Notes: generated from the sequence alone by a model not told the origin. A DNA stretch of 60,705 bases, filler included, from Sphacelaria rigidula (GCA_964200075.2; 8 parts of 8 records of this genome joined end to end with filler, not necessarily neighbours in it), one strand, 5' to 3'; positions 47,570 to 60,661 are shown, numbered from the whole stretch's first letter. Made by a program: numbers and translations.

Positions 47570-49901
47570 TACACCTGCACCAGCCACCTGGCAACAGCAT
47601 GCCGTTTGTATGTGCAACCATTTCATAATATAAAGCCAAACAACCGGTCGGAAAATATTCGGAACCAATAAAAATCCAATCTTTGTGGTCCGGAGCGCAG
47701 ACATTTTTTATGTGAAAGGAAAAAATGACGATGGTGAGCATCTAATTTTGGGAAAGGCACCCGACCGGTAGGGTACCCTCTCATTGTACATCATAATCGG
47801 AGTAACTTCGTGATGACATGGTGGTTTGTTTCGCGATTCCACGTATTGGATGGCTGTCAATAGAGTATGGTTGATTTGTTTGAACAATTGGTACCACAGT
47901 CGCTTTGACGATATCAAAATCTGTAATTTGAACGAGTGCACTTACAAGATTTGTAATCAGGTGACATAAACCTTGCAACTACCATTAGGAACATAGGCTG
48001 GGATGTCACTTTTGTTTATCAAGGGAGCGGCCGATGGACGGAGGCTAGTTAACCCGGAAAAATTAAATGTGCACCCCGGTGCACCATCGATCTTCATGTG
48101 CACCCTGGGATGATGGCAAAAACACGTGCGGATTGTCAGCGCCGCATGACCACAACCCTGACCGTGGTGCAACTTGGGTCAAATTATTTCAATCCGAGCC
48201 AGCACAACCAACGCAGAGTACAGTAGTAGTACAACAAAAACATGATGTCGCACTCTCGTTCATCTCTCACTACTCGTCGCACGGTCGAGTCTGCTGGACT
48301 TCCCACTGCCAGCTCGAAAACGAAAAATTGCTCTGGATTAATCATTTCAAAGCTCAAAATTCTCTTCTCGCTCATCTCCATCCTCTACCATTGTATGATG
48401 CACACCGACATACTATGGAGGGGAGAAAGGTGCTGCTTTCTGTACCCAGAGAGGCGCAGAAAACCCAAGGTAGAGAGAGTGGCGTGCACTGGAACAGACA
48501 ACATCATGGCGACTACATTATATTTTACTGTCTGTCAATTGCGATAAGTCTATCGGTAACGCCACGATGGTCACCGTGCCACCTCTACAGCAAAGTGAGT
48601 TATGGCCTACAGACAGGAAGGTACACGTGACAGTGTAGTACTGTACTGTATGTACACGGAAGCCCGAATAAAACAACAGTACAGTACAGTCGTCTTATTC
48701 TCCATCATTCCGCTGCGTTCATCCCTTCGTCCATGATGATTCTTGAAGGATCAGGTTCCATCAAAGCCCCGGGAAGCGTGTACATACACACCATTGTGTA
48801 CGAACTTTTCATCAGGTCTACTGCTGTAAGGGTCAACGGGTCTCTTATTATGCTAGAAACCAACGTGTCGTGAAACAATTCGAAAGGTCCTCGTCAGCGC
48901 GCTTCGGAAAAAGATGTCACTCTCTTTTGGATCTGCAACTCTCAATTTCATGAAAACATTGTTTCTAGTCTCGTAAACATTTGTATCAAAGGAGAGATCT
49001 GAGACGTCTAAGGTCGCGAGAAATCAACTGCTGCGTAAAGTGTACAGTAAGTGAAACAGAGGGTGTATTGGCCGCATTTTTCACCTCGATAGAGCCACAC
49101 TCCACATCTCCTCCTGCAACTTGGTTTGATTATTCCAATTCTCAAATTGGTCGTTGTGTTACGGCGGATATCGACTGTATGTGTAGTAGGCGTTTTGCAG
49201 TACGCGTGGCAAGTGCAGTAGGTCTTATTCCATTCGCATGTTAGTGTTGTATTCCAATTGGACGTCCTTGACCGGAGCTCCTCGCCCTCACAACTTCCAT
49301 TACCCAGCAACTTCAGTTGTAGCTAACTAGTAGCGAAGCCTAATGACAAAGCTATCAGCCACCACTTGGAGACACCTCGCTTGCAAGCAAGTCAAGCGCA
49401 CCTCTTCTACACGTGAAAGTAAGCCTGTGCTTTGCAAGATGTATGCAGTGCTGGTTGAATCGAACTCTTCGGTGAGTCTCTGGTGCAGTACAACTGCTTG
49501 CCTGCAGTAACGGTTACGCTGGCCGCTGGTGTTTCACCACCCCCAGCCTATGTCCCACGAGCTTGATACGCCACCCTGAGACTCGACCACGACAGTTGTC
49601 TCAGGCCATTTCAAATTCGGCATTGGATGTCCGTGATAGAAAAGTGTTTCGTTTATTTCAAAATATATTTTCAGACCCAATCAGAACTTTTCAAGAATAT
49701 ACCCAAACCTTGACCCACACCCACATACTTGAATCCCTATTGTTGATACAGAAGCCCTACAGAATATAGTCGTACAGAGTATTACACTGAACACAAGTAG
49801 AAGTCCTACAGTGTTATAAGAACTTTTCAGAACCTACTGTACTACAGATATTGGAGGTACTGATCATCCAATCCCGCAAGGGATCCCGCACACTCCACGC
49901 G

Positions 49902-50715
49902 GACAGCTCCCACAGAGAGATGCGCGCAGCTATATCTCCCAGAAGTTCGCCGAGTAAGCGTGGACCCATCGGCGGGTAGTACGTACCACCGCTGTCGAGC
50001 GGGGACTATCACTCGCAAGGTGAGTGGGTATTGTCACATGGTCGAAACGCGGACAGTCTACGATGAAGAGCAGCAGCAGCAGCAGGAGCATCGGCACCGG
50101 CTGATTCAGACCCACCCCCCAGCCGCGTACATTTACTGGTAAATAATATGCTGCTGATACTGCTGCTGCTGCGGCTGCTGCTGCTTCTCGTGGGGAAGGC
50201 GGTCTGCGCTTCCACGTGCGACAATACCCATGCACCTGGCGCGTTATTGCCTCCTCCCTACCTACTTGAAATCGACTGGGATCTGTTTGTGTGTTGTTAC
50301 CCACGTAGCATTTTCAGTGCCGGTACCGTACGTACCAAGTGTTTCCCCCTGTACTGGACGCTGGCTTTATTCCCATCACCAGCAGTACCCACGCGTGCGA
50401 GACACACCCGACATGTACAGCTCGCACAGAGAGATGCCCACAGCTATACAGTATCTCCCAGCACTTAGCCTAGTGGGGAAGCATAGACTCATCAGCGGGT
50501 AGTACAGACCAGCGCCTTCCAGCACGGTGGCTATCACGCGCAAGGTGCAAAGTCGTTGTAGCACGATCGAAACGCGGACCGTCTCTCCCTTGAGGAAAAA
50601 CGGCAGCACCAGCACCAGCACCAGTAACAGTAGTAGTATTGGCACCGGCTGATTCAGACCCACCCCCAGCCGCGTACATCTACTGGCAATAAATATGCTG
50701 CTGATACTGCTGCTG
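49902..50715 (+). repeat. Two diverged direct copies of a ~270-300-bp unit (49902-50170, 50416-50715)
   Basis: Shared acagctc.cacagagagatgc...ggcaccggctgattcagacccacccc...atatgctgctgatactgctgctg. Confidence 0.85.
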
Positions 50716-52144
50716 TTCTCCTTGTTGGGTGTCGATGCAATGCACATGAGGCGTGCTAGTCGCAGCACATTTCTAGTATATTTAACACTGTCTGTACAAT
50801 GGATACATGCTTATCACGCTGGCTAAACCCTCAGTGCATCACGGAACAATGCGGGTAAAACGTACTACCGGGAATCACCTGTTGGCGCTTTTGTCTGCAA
50901 CGCGACCGCTATCAATCGCAAGCACGTGTTTACGTGCTCCCATGCCTCCAGCCAACATAGCTCATGTCCAAGTTGCCTAAGTCGCGTTTTTGACAAAAGC
51001 TATGTCCAAGTCCAGTCCGGTGCAGATATATGTATTGTTTGGCCCTGTGTGTAGCAGGTGTATTTCTCCAGCGCTACCAGGCCGTTTGCACCTCACGATG
51101 GCTTGAACGATGGCTACGGAATGTGTGAGTGTATTGCAGCTGCTGTGGTGTCGATGCAAGGCACATGGGATGTGCCGGACAGGCATTCCAATCCCTGGAA
51201 GTGGACGTAAGATGTGTCCGACTCGTGACTTGCACATAGCCCATGTCCACCTCCAGTCGGTTGGCGGTATTCTTTGGTACTGTGCAGCAGGCGCGTTTCT
51301 CGATCGCTATGATGCCGTTTGCACCGTGTGATGACTTAAACGATGGCTACGGGCTGTGCAAGTACCCGAGCTCGTGTGATGCATATAGACTGTATGTTAT
51401 TCACGCGTGCGAGACGCAAGAGCTGCAGTGGATTTATACTTCATTACTTTTAGGGGGGGATTTTTCCGTGCTTCTACTTGAATGCCGATTATGCTCTTTT
51501 CCCATCATAACAAAGGAAAAGAAAATTGGAAGCACGATGCAAAGCAGAGCAATCTGTTTTTCAATTTTGAGAAGCTTGGGTGATGTAGGATGATATTATC
51601 TCTCTCCGGATACTCTGGGCATTGTTCTACGTGTCGTGGTTCCCACGAACCAGAGTTTTCCCCGTCAGGTGCCTCAAACGTACCTTAATTAGGACATTTA
51701 CCTGTACTTGTGGTGCAACGCGCTGGACCACTTTTAATGCTTGGGCAAGGTTCGCTTCCCACACCCTAACTCCGACAACTGCTGCCACATCATATTTCTC
51801 GATGACCCTAGACCCCCAAGATCAATCTAGACGATGCTCACTATACCGAAGCACCGTCTGCTCGCCGCGGGTCCTGGTGCCTGAAGCATCATGACGACGA
51901 CATAGACGACGCCCTCCTCCGCAATGCAGACAAGTCTTGGAAAGGAGACAAGACATTATGCTTGCTTTACACTCTTTTCGTTTCCCCCGTATATGGCGTG
52001 GTTTAGCTGCCTTACGCCCGGCCCCGTCTGGTTCCTTTTTCTCGTACTGTCGGCGTACCCTGTTCATAGTACCCGTAAGAGGTAGAAACATGGGCGCCAT
52101 TTCCTTGCAAGCGATACTTTCCCCTGCTTTTTTCTTATATGTGG

Positions 52145-52319
52145 GACCCATCCCACGATAGGGGAAGGGGTATTTTGGGCCACTTCTTGCACAAAATTCC
52201 CAGTCAAATCGTCATTGAAAACAGCAACGATTGTTCGGACGAGCTTGTTGTAGACAAATAACGCTCATCCATACTGCTTCACACCGTTTCTAAGCAAATA
52301 AAAGCGCATCGCGAGTGTA
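52145..52319 (+). mobile_element. Sola2-type MITE copy, truncated by an LTR element
   Basis: Aligns with 39979-40150 (TIR gacccatcccacgataggg) up to gcgagtgt, then abuts the LTR terminus. Confidence 0.8.
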
Positions 52320-52775
52320 TGTCATGGTACGATACTTACCACCTGGATAGGAAGATACCAGTTCAGTGGGCACCGGGGCTAGCAGGTCCAAACACAGTCT
52401 TTAGTATCGAAACCATTGAGCTCGATATTATCGAGTGCAAAGTCAGCCACCACACCAGTGGTCAGGTGTCAGCCCATGAGCCGCGCAGGCTTGCAGCACA
52501 ACATGTGTTGCATGAAGGTCAGGCTTACATTTTGTGAAGACCAGAGAATCCTCTGAGATGGCAGTCCCTGATAGCGTAGATGTTCTTGTATTATTGGCGT
52601 ACAGGCTAACTTGTCCTTCGCTACTTGAGATGCATAGTCCAGAACGCTGTGACCCAAAGGGGGCAGGCAGCTGAATTCAATCAAACAATGTAGTATGACG
52701 CATCAGGTACCAAGCATGACAAAGTATGACAAATGGAGCCCAGTCGACTGGAACATGGCCAATAAATCTGTAACA
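52320..52775 (-). mobile_element. 3' LTR (family A), 456 bp
   Basis: Reverse complement of 7039-7486 with few differences. PPT AGGGGGA at 52776-52782. Confidence 0.85.
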
Positions 52776-53105
52776 TCCCCCTAGCCATATTTATTTGGCT
52801 ACACACAAATTTATTGGAGGGCTGGAAGGGCCAGAACAAAAACAAGCCTGTGCATCATACGCCTGAAAGTAAAACGAGAAAAACCTGCTGAATTACAGTA
52901 CAGGGGAAAAGTCGTTGCAGATCTAATGAATGGGTAAACCCTGATAAGCAGGGGAAAACTCCATCCGTTAGGAAAGGAAAAAAATCTATAACGCCCTTTC
53001 CAACGACAGAAACAGCAGACAAGTACGGTCGCTGTCGTTTTCCCGGGATCTCAGTTAGACTGGAGAACGATCGGCTAGTTAGCGTGATCGCGCGTCGACA
53101 CCCTG

Positions 53106-53205
53106 NNNNNNNNNNNNNNNNNNNNNNNNNNNNNNNNNNNNNNNNNNNNTTAATTAATTAANNNNNNNNNNNNNNNNNNNNNNNNNNNNNNNNNNNNNNN
53201 NNNNN
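53106..53205. other. Artificial contig linker
   Basis: N44-TTAATTAATTAA-N44. Confidence 0.99.
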
Positions 53206-54387
53206 GCGGTAGTCATGGTGCAAAACCACACACGCACGCTGCGTACCCTCAACACGTGCCAAACTGTAAGATCTAGTACGCTGTAGAAGGTTCGTAGAGC
53301 TGCGGCACAAAACACTACAGACTGCCGCTGCTGTGCACAATTATGCAGCGTAATCTAATGATATCAGTCCTTCAGATACACACCACTAATGCACTGTGTG
53401 CAGGCGCCTGTGTTATGACTCTCACAACCATGTGCCTCATATGCACCCCTGCATCCTTCGGTCTGTAGAGTAGGCGTTTTGTGTTGTGACAAAGGAATGG
53501 TTCCGAACCCCAAATGCGGATAGTCTTATCCAGTCTTCCTGCGGAGGGGTGGTTGTCGAAGAGTTCAGTCGAATTGTGTGTACCCACGACATAGAACAGT
53601 GTTTTCGTGAGATTGATAGTCTACGATACAATTGAGAATAGGCTTTTCATGGCTTTCAGCGGCCGGTTGTGCCTGCATCATTAATGGACAAAACGCTTAC
53701 CTCGCACATCGGTGCAAAATCCTGCCGTTCAAACTGTTGACGTTTCTCTACTATTAATCCGAAAACGCTTGCTTGCGACCTTGGGGGAGAATCTTGGCGC
53801 GGTAACTGTTGATACTTCACTATTCTCCATGTGTAAAAATATCGATGTCACGCTTGTTTTCGTGTGGATAGTACACAAAGGTAACAAGACAAATTTCATG
53901 AAGTGCTCCCGACAAGACACGCGAAGTAGTCTTGAAACCGTCTCGGGAATCAAGTTATCACTGTCACTCACCGAGCACCATCCCTCAATCCGGAGACGTG
54001 CAAGCGATTGTCTTGCGAATAAATCCGTTGTGTCGCGAGGGAATATTACGCTTGTTCGCATTTTCGAGCAAAAACTAACCTTTTCTCTTGTCTAAATGAC
54101 GCATTTGGCGGCGAAAGCCCCGCCTCCCAATGGTGGGAAACACCCGCTACGACAGAATCAAGCGGTCAACATCGATTTTCTGCATTATTGTCGCCGTCGT
54201 CTTCTACCCTGTTTCTCTCATCGACGCCTAAACAACAACAAAGACTGGAATGGCGGCAGGCAATCACTACTCGAAGACAGGCCACGAGTGATCTCAACAC
54301 ACAAACATCACCAGAGGATCGCGAATGATGTCTACGTTACCAAAACGACAAAATAAATACCTCGTCGCACAGGGACGGTTATCCCAT

Positions 54388-54984
54388 TCATGATGGGACA
54401 TAGTCAAGGTCCTGATCATCATCAGCACCACCGTCCGAACTACCGTCGTCGCCGTTCGACTCTTCCTCGCCGCCCCGTTTCGTCTCGCCGTCAACCGTAC
54501 CGTCTGCTACGTCTCTTTTGGGCGAACCACCCTGGGAACCAACACCTTGCTCATCCGCCTTCCCCTCGAAAATTGGATATTGGCAGAGAAACTCTTCTCC
54601 CATACCAATAGGGCATGTGGCGTTGAACATTATGCCTTCAATGCTGTTTCGCAGTATCGACTTCGTCTCTTGAAGATCAACGACGGGGGTGTCGTGCTCC
54701 TTGGCGAAGACACTGCTGGGTACAACAATGGTGTCGTCCTCGACAGGTTCGGACGAGTTCATGTAATACAGGAAGCTCCTACGCTCGGGTTTCAGGTACA
54801 ACGTCGAACCCTCGTTCAATACCTCCCATGGCTGCAACAACTTCAAAAACTGAGGCGCTTTACAGATTTCGTATCTCGGCACACCATCTATTTCCATCGC
54901 CTGCCCTAACTGAAGTAAATCGCACACCACAAAGGATCCCGTCAACGCCATAGGCGGTGAGTCTTCGAGCTTCATCGCCTCCAC
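54388..54984 (-). CDS. Hypothetical protein (198 aa, acidic C-terminal tail)
   Basis: Uninterrupted ORF with protein-like composition. Family not recognised. Confidence 0.4.
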   Translation of the reverse strand: MEAMKLEDSPPMALTGSFVVCDLLQLGQAMEIDGVPRYEICKAPQFLKLLQPWEVLNEGSTLYLKPERRSFLYYMNSSEPVEDDTIVVPSSVFAKEHDTPVVDLQETKSILRNSIEGIMFNATCPIGMGEEFLCQYPIFEGKADEQGVGSQGGSPKRDVADGTVDGETKRGGEEESNGDDGSSDGGADDDQDLDYVPS

Positions 54985-55324
54985 CGCAAACAGTCCCAGG
55001 CCTCCCCTGCTCGATTCCTCACCAAACGTGCGAGCGCGGAGAGGGGGTGCGAGAGAGTTCGGGGATGGATACGTGAGAAAGTTCGGGGATGGATACGTGA
55101 GGATGGAATCGGAACAGTTGCGGGCCGGTCGTCGAGTCGATCGAAAAAAATCACGATGTTTGTTCTATTTCGTGGGACGGATGTGGACTGTGCTGACAGT
55201 ATCATCCGCAGCAGCGGAACAGTTGTGTTCACGATGCATTTGCACTAATATTTATTATTGAGCTCTCGAGGGGGGCAGCTATGCTCGGTATTCCGAGTTG
55301 TCACCAGCGTTGCCTCGACACTTC

Positions 55325-57220
55325 CTACGATAGTCCCCCTACGTTTGTAGTTGCATATGCACGAGCAATATTGAAACAATGAGTCGCAACCCGACAGCCT
55401 TTAGAGGTCACCTTAATCTCCAAACCGTACAACCGAGCACGGTCCCTCGCCACCTCGAGCGCCAAATCTTGATTTCCCTTCGTCACCCCATCATCGTCGT
55501 CGTCGTCGTTGCCATCGTCGTCGACCATGTTGACGTCGATGGTTTGCTCTTGAGCCAGGATAGACTTTGAATAGTTCGAGGTTGGGACGCACTTCGGCAG
55601 ACGACTTGGTCCAACCCGTTTCGGCGGTTGAGTTAGTTGGGTGAACTGTCCACCCTGAAGTGCTTGCTCGCATGCTGCGTCCAGCACTCTAGAAAGCTCA
55701 GCCTTTTCGGTGTCGTCGGAGACGACGGTGATGATGGTTCGCCCTGCACCCAGGACCACATCAGCCAAGCTTTGTCGGTCTGCGCCCGTCACCAAGACAG
55801 CATCTCCTATTCTGGAGAACCTGTGATGCCGGCAAGATGGGCGTCATCGGTGGTGTTAGTCGAAAAACGCGGCTTGAAAGGGTCGCAAGTATCGAGTTCA
55901 TCGCGTTGGAGTCGAAATTTCCATTGATACCGACTTTTTGAGTCTACTTCTGTCCCGCCATCATTACATGTACACATCTCTACCCGTTTGTCGTCAGTTT
56001 CGGCGACTGTTGTACACAACGAGTATATTTGGCGGTGGCGGGACCGTCTCGGTCCGACGTCGCTTCATTCGTGACGTGTATGCTCACCGTTTAATGAAAT
56101 ATGCCGCCGTCAGGGCCTCCAGGAATGTGCCGCTATCAGGTTGCTTCTGTGAAACGATGACGTTCGCGGCCTTCATAACCTCCAGAAACCCCGCCCATTC
56201 AGTTGGCGGGGCTGCGCGGGAGCCCCCCCGTCAGGCCCCCGTCGGTCGACATACGTAAGTCGGCGACTTGTGGGCAATGGGCGCCACTGCGCCGTGTGAA
56301 GGGAGGTCCTGCTTCTTGCCGTCGGGAATACGGCTAGTCTCTCCGTTGAGATATACAGTGAATATCGGGTTTTCTTCGAGGGTTAGTCCCCCCAGGGCCA
56401 GTACATCTGCGCAGTTCCACCAAGTAACAGCACACAGGCGCGTGTCACATAGTATGGACGCCAACGATGTGGTGCATTTACGTGTGATAATACCACAACC
56501 GACGCAAACACTATTGAGTTTGAAGTGACCCCATGGACGTCGAACAATATTCGTCCTCAGTCGACGCGATCGTGTGATTTATCCCAAGTGCGTCATTGCT
56601 TGAAATGCAGGATCTGTACGGCGACCAACGGTCTCCAATCATGGTTTCTGTCCCCTTCGGCAGCGCTGGGTCTGTGCGTGTCTGGGGTGAATGCATTCGA
56701 ATCACATCGGCAGTACCGACAACAGTGCCGGTATGCCTAATTCACCGCACACGATGTCAAGTGCTGGCTCGAGAACACCAACAGAACATCGCTAAAACCC
56801 ACCACTGATGTGCGGGATGTTGATCGTCCAGATTTTCTGCATCGCAATGATGAGGGTGCCTGAGCAGTGAATATTAGCCGCCAGGTCGCTGATGACCGCC
56901 CTCAGTTTTCCTGCTGATGTGGGATCGTCCTTTAGAACGCCACTGTCTGATGCCACGTTCCAAAAGCAAAGCATCGCCTCGTTAGCGCATGGCATTTTGC
57001 GCTGTTCCTCCGCGCCCGGACTCACCAAGTCCTGCACAAAGGACTTCGTCACAGCAGTCCTGGTCAATGAAAGGTCGAGTGCACAGGACGGGAGGAACAG
57101 GGGCACAATCAAAAGATGTGCAGAGCCGGGGGGCTAGTCATCCCCGAAAACTCGTACATTGTTGAGGGACCCTCACCCCGGTCAGGTGCAAAGAAAAATA
57201 TTGATCTGCGTAAGAACATG
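55325..57220 (-). pseudogene. Long interrupted unknown ORF
   Basis: Consecutive protein-like minus-strand segments (57109-57321 part, 56792-57112, 56231-56464, 55807-56019, 55325-55795) separated by stops or frameshifts. Confidence 0.3.
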
Positions 57221-57626
57221 GTCAAGGGGTGCAACGGGGTATCTCTCACATACTGCACTCTCTTATCACTACGGTATTGTGTATGATATGTGATTACCGT
57301 ATAGATTTGGTGTGCTGACATCGTCCGACAGTAGTCATGAACACCCCTTACCGTTTATACACTTAGTGCACCGTCAATCCTACAGCGAGCGGCGTTCCTC
57401 ACCTCACCTTCGCCAGCCGATCGCTGTGCTTCTTTGCAGCCGTAATGACGGGGACAGCGGACTCCTTCTTCCTCTTCGACCTCCGCGGTGCGCTCGCCTT
57501 GGCCGACCCGCCTTTGCTCTTGCCTGTCACTATTATCGTAGAGATGCAGCGGGCACAACATCCATTCGCGTTAGCAACCATGACCAACTTCTATGTTTGC
57601 GCAGTGCTACGCTTGTTCGATCGAAT

Positions 57627-57749
57627 GTACAGTACTGTTCAGGGAAAAAACGTCAGACTTCAGGTGAACAACACCCTCCTCCAGCATGTACAATACTGTT
57701 CAGGGAAGAAACGTCAGACTTCAGATGAAACAACACTCCCCTCCAGCAT
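57627..57749 (+). repeat. 61/62-bp tandem duplication
   Basis: gtaca(g/a)tactgttcagggaa.aaacgtcagacttcag.tga...cctccagcat, twice. Confidence 0.9.
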
Positions 57750-57783
57750 GGGGTTCAAATATTCGAAACGTACACGCTCGCCA

Positions 57784-58029
57784 GACGCGTGCTACGATAT
57801 TGAGGGGTGTTTGGTTCCACAAAAAAATGGGCTCATAGTTGCGTCAGATGACGGAAGACACTGGCGGTGCGCTTTAATTTGGTTCAGAGCAGTGTCAAGC
57901 AGTATGAGTGAGCGTTATTAATCGGAAGCACGCGCGTTTGAACAACCGTTGCTGCTCTAAACGACTATTTCAAGTGGAATTTCGCGGAATAAATGGCCCA
58001 AAATTCCCCCCTCTATCGTAGTATGACTC
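57784..58029 (-). mobile_element. Sola2-type MITE copy, 246 bp
   Basis: Reverse complement starts GAGTCATACTACGATAG and aligns along its length with 39979-40229. Flanks gcca/acca are a 4-bp TSD with one mismatch. Confidence 0.85.
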
Positions 58030-58458
58030 ACCAAAAGATATCTCACCTTCACCTTTGGATGTACTGGAAACGGTCGTCGTTTCTGAAGCGCTTGGCGTAG
58101 GGGTTGATTTCGCGGATGCGTCGGTGCTGGTGGGTGGCGACGTCGGTGCTGTATTTGTGTTGGTTAGCGTCTCGGTCGTTGCGATCGATTGAGTTCTCGT
58201 ATCAGCCGATTGGGCTGTCGTCGATGCCGCTGGCGTTACCTTCGCCGCGTCGTCACTCGCCTGTTTTTGGAGAGCTGCCGTCTTGTCGGCCGGTTCTGCT
58301 GCTAGCTTCGCGGATTCTAGCGCCTTAGTTCTTTCCTCGCTCTTCTTCGCCTCCTCGAGGTACAAGGAAATCGCATTGTCTGCTCGTTCTCCCGCCTTTT
58401 TGATCTTCTTCTCGTAGATCTGCATAACCGGTTTCATGCTGTCATCCACCTCCATCAC
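58030..58458 (-). pseudogene. Unknown coiled-coil plus Thr/Ser-rich ORF interrupted by the MITE
   Basis: The ORF reads into the MITE TIR (...ISFG|ESYYDRG) and resumes in frame after it (ERVRFEYLNPMLEG). Confidence 0.45.
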
Positions 58459-59648
58459 CTGTTGTGCGAGGGGAAATTTAACGGTTTGTCATTGACCTTT
58501 ATTTTTTGAGGGCGTCAGCAGGCGCACCAACAAATCCCTCCTCCTCCTTGTTTCTACCGTGCGCGTTTCGATTGTCAGCCCAACCGCCTTCTTTGCTATT
58601 ACTGGCATTACCGACGGCCTTCTTTGAGCCTTGCACAAAATCACTGCAAATATACTTTCGGCTGCGGTTACTTCCTTTTACTCTATGATCGACGTACCGT
58701 TGAAAACATCTGGTGTGGTTGACTGCATATTATTGTGGTCATGTAGGCTTCCGATTTCTTCATCCCCGCGGGAACCTTCTCCTTGTATTTGTCGACTGCC
58801 TTTTCCAGCGTGACGCGGTCGACCTCGAACTTGTACGGCTGTTCCTTGCACATTACCTTCCACATGAACCTGCCAAAGATAAGAGTTTCGCGTGCCGGTT
58901 AAAGCCGGTTCCAGTTATATCAACAGGCACGGTGGCTGCTTGCATCCCAAGAATCGGATACATCAACACCGCCACTACGTAGCCGTGCAGTACGACTTTG
59001 ACCTCACAGAACTGTCGGATACGATGCCGACGCGGAAACATTCCCACGGGCGTACGAAGAACCCTTTCGTACCGAACAGAACCTTGGGGCATACCTACGC
59101 AGCTCTTGGTACTAATGGCAACGCTAATATCGATATGACCAATAGATAATATTGCGTAAGAGCTCACGTTCGAAAAAATGCGGACCAATCCTGTCGAGGA
59201 GCGATAGCCTCGACTTGGGACACTTGGAGTCCAACATCTTTGGCACATTTGTCGAGCGTCTTAGCCTCTTTATCCGTGAGGTTGATCATGTGTGTGATGA
59301 AGTTGCTGATGATACGGTAGGGAAGTAAGATGCGGCGCGCGTAGGGGATGGGAATCTGTGATGATTGGGTGCATTCATGTATGGCAGTACGGTAGGGCGA
59401 GCATCCTGTGTTTCATTCCTCATGTCATCTATCTGGTTCTCAATTGCAGCCGCAGCACATACATATGCAAAAGCCACCAGATTGATTGCGGTGGAGAGCG
59501 GTGGTCTCCGTCGCTTACTGTGTCTACGATATCTGCGGATACAGCACAGTCTAAGCGAACAAATCTATTATTGGGTAACTCCACATGCGCTGTGAACAAA
59601 GCTGACGCTACATCGCGGCACAAATGATCCGCCATCGCGGTCCTCGCC

Positions 59649-60317
59649 TTACTTCAACGTGTCACTCATTACGCTTGTCTTGAACGCTTCCTGGGAGTGC
59701 GGTATGACCCTCGTTATGTCATCGACATCGTTCAACAATGCGGTGCATCCCACGTCACCTACTCCTACATGTACGGGGCCAATGGGTTGGGGAAGGGGGG
59801 GGGGGGGGGGGGGGTTCAGGAACTGATCAAACCGCACATGCTGAGACTGTAAAACCATCACAGGAGAACAATTCGCGTGTATTTGTCTGCGGTGCACTTG
59901 CTTGGCGAGCCGCAGGATGTACACTTCTTGTTCAGTCTCGTTGGCCTTCTGAAACTCCTGTCGGTGGAGCATCTTCAGTGTAACATGGGCGCGAGCATTC
60001 TTGAAGGTGACGAGGTCCGGGTGTTTGTCATCCCGGCCGTTGAGGTATGTCACGTCCATGAGAACATGCATCCCCGCCTCCTTAAAGTTGGTAACTATGC
60101 CCACGGACTTTTGAAGCGTGGGCTTGCTGGGGGGTTTGCGCTCGGCCTGCGTTGGAACACACGAAAATTCGTCGCATATCATTCTCCACGTCGCGGTAAG
60201 GTAGCCGCAATTTTTGTTCGTATCGAGATCTGCGTACACACAGATGGGCACCGTGGGCAGAATAGAGCCGCATTTTCTACTGCAACTTACCCGCTTCTCT
60301 TCCGTATCGTGGTTCAC
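59649..60317 (-). CDS. Hypothetical protein (222 aa), possibly decayed
   Basis: Uninterrupted ORF, co-oriented with the other contig-8 ORFs. Family not recognised. Confidence 0.3.
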   Translation of the reverse strand: MNHDTEEKRVSCSRKCGSILPTVPICVYADLDTNKNCGYLTATWRMICDEFSCVPTQAERKPPSKPTLQKSVGIVTNFKEAGMHVLMDVTYLNGRDDKHPDLVTFKNARAHVTLKMLHRQEFQKANETEQEVYILRLAKQVHRRQIHANCSPVMVLQSQHVRFDQFLNPPPPPPLPQPIGPVHVGVGDVGCTALLNDVDDITRVIPHSQEAFKTSVMSDTLK

Positions 60318-60400
60318 CGATCACGCTGATATATACCCGTTGTAATGCGTGAGAGGACCGCGTGCTTAGAGGTCCGCATCCGAATTTGAACTTCGCTGTG

Positions 60401-60446
60401 GTTAGGGTTAGGGTTAGGGTTAGGGTTAGGGTTAGTGTTGGGGTTA
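60401..60446 (+). repeat. Interstitial telomeric repeat (TTAGGG)n
   Basis: Five perfect units plus degenerate units, followed by non-telomeric sequence. Confidence 0.9.
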
Positions 60447-60661
60447 GACTCAGGAGCGTGGTACTTACAGGGACTGGCTCGAGTGGTCTTGAAAAACGTC
60501 GATCCTGAGGTGTTTCAAATAGTGACGTGGTCCTCTAACCACGCGGTCCTCCCACGTATTACACCCGTAGTAACTCATGGCCTGTACACCGTGAGAACAA
60601 TGCAGACTGTCTGTACTATATACGAGGGGCTAAGGTATTCCGCTCAACGCATTCCACAGAA

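Noticed and set aside
50977-51365. EsV-1-7-type cysteine repeats in a ~234-bp-period duplication
   Set aside because: The duplication is visible but no frame gives the expected Cys/His spacing.
7502-53205. Regularly spaced TTAATTAATTAA palindromes as a biological array
   Set aside because: They are embedded in N-runs of fixed length and are a synthetic linker.
55318-55336. Additional Sola2 TIR (gacacttcctacgatag)
   Set aside because: Partial match only, not followed by MITE internal sequence.
60401-60446. True chromosome end
   Set aside because: The tract is short and followed by ~260 bp of non-telomeric sequence.
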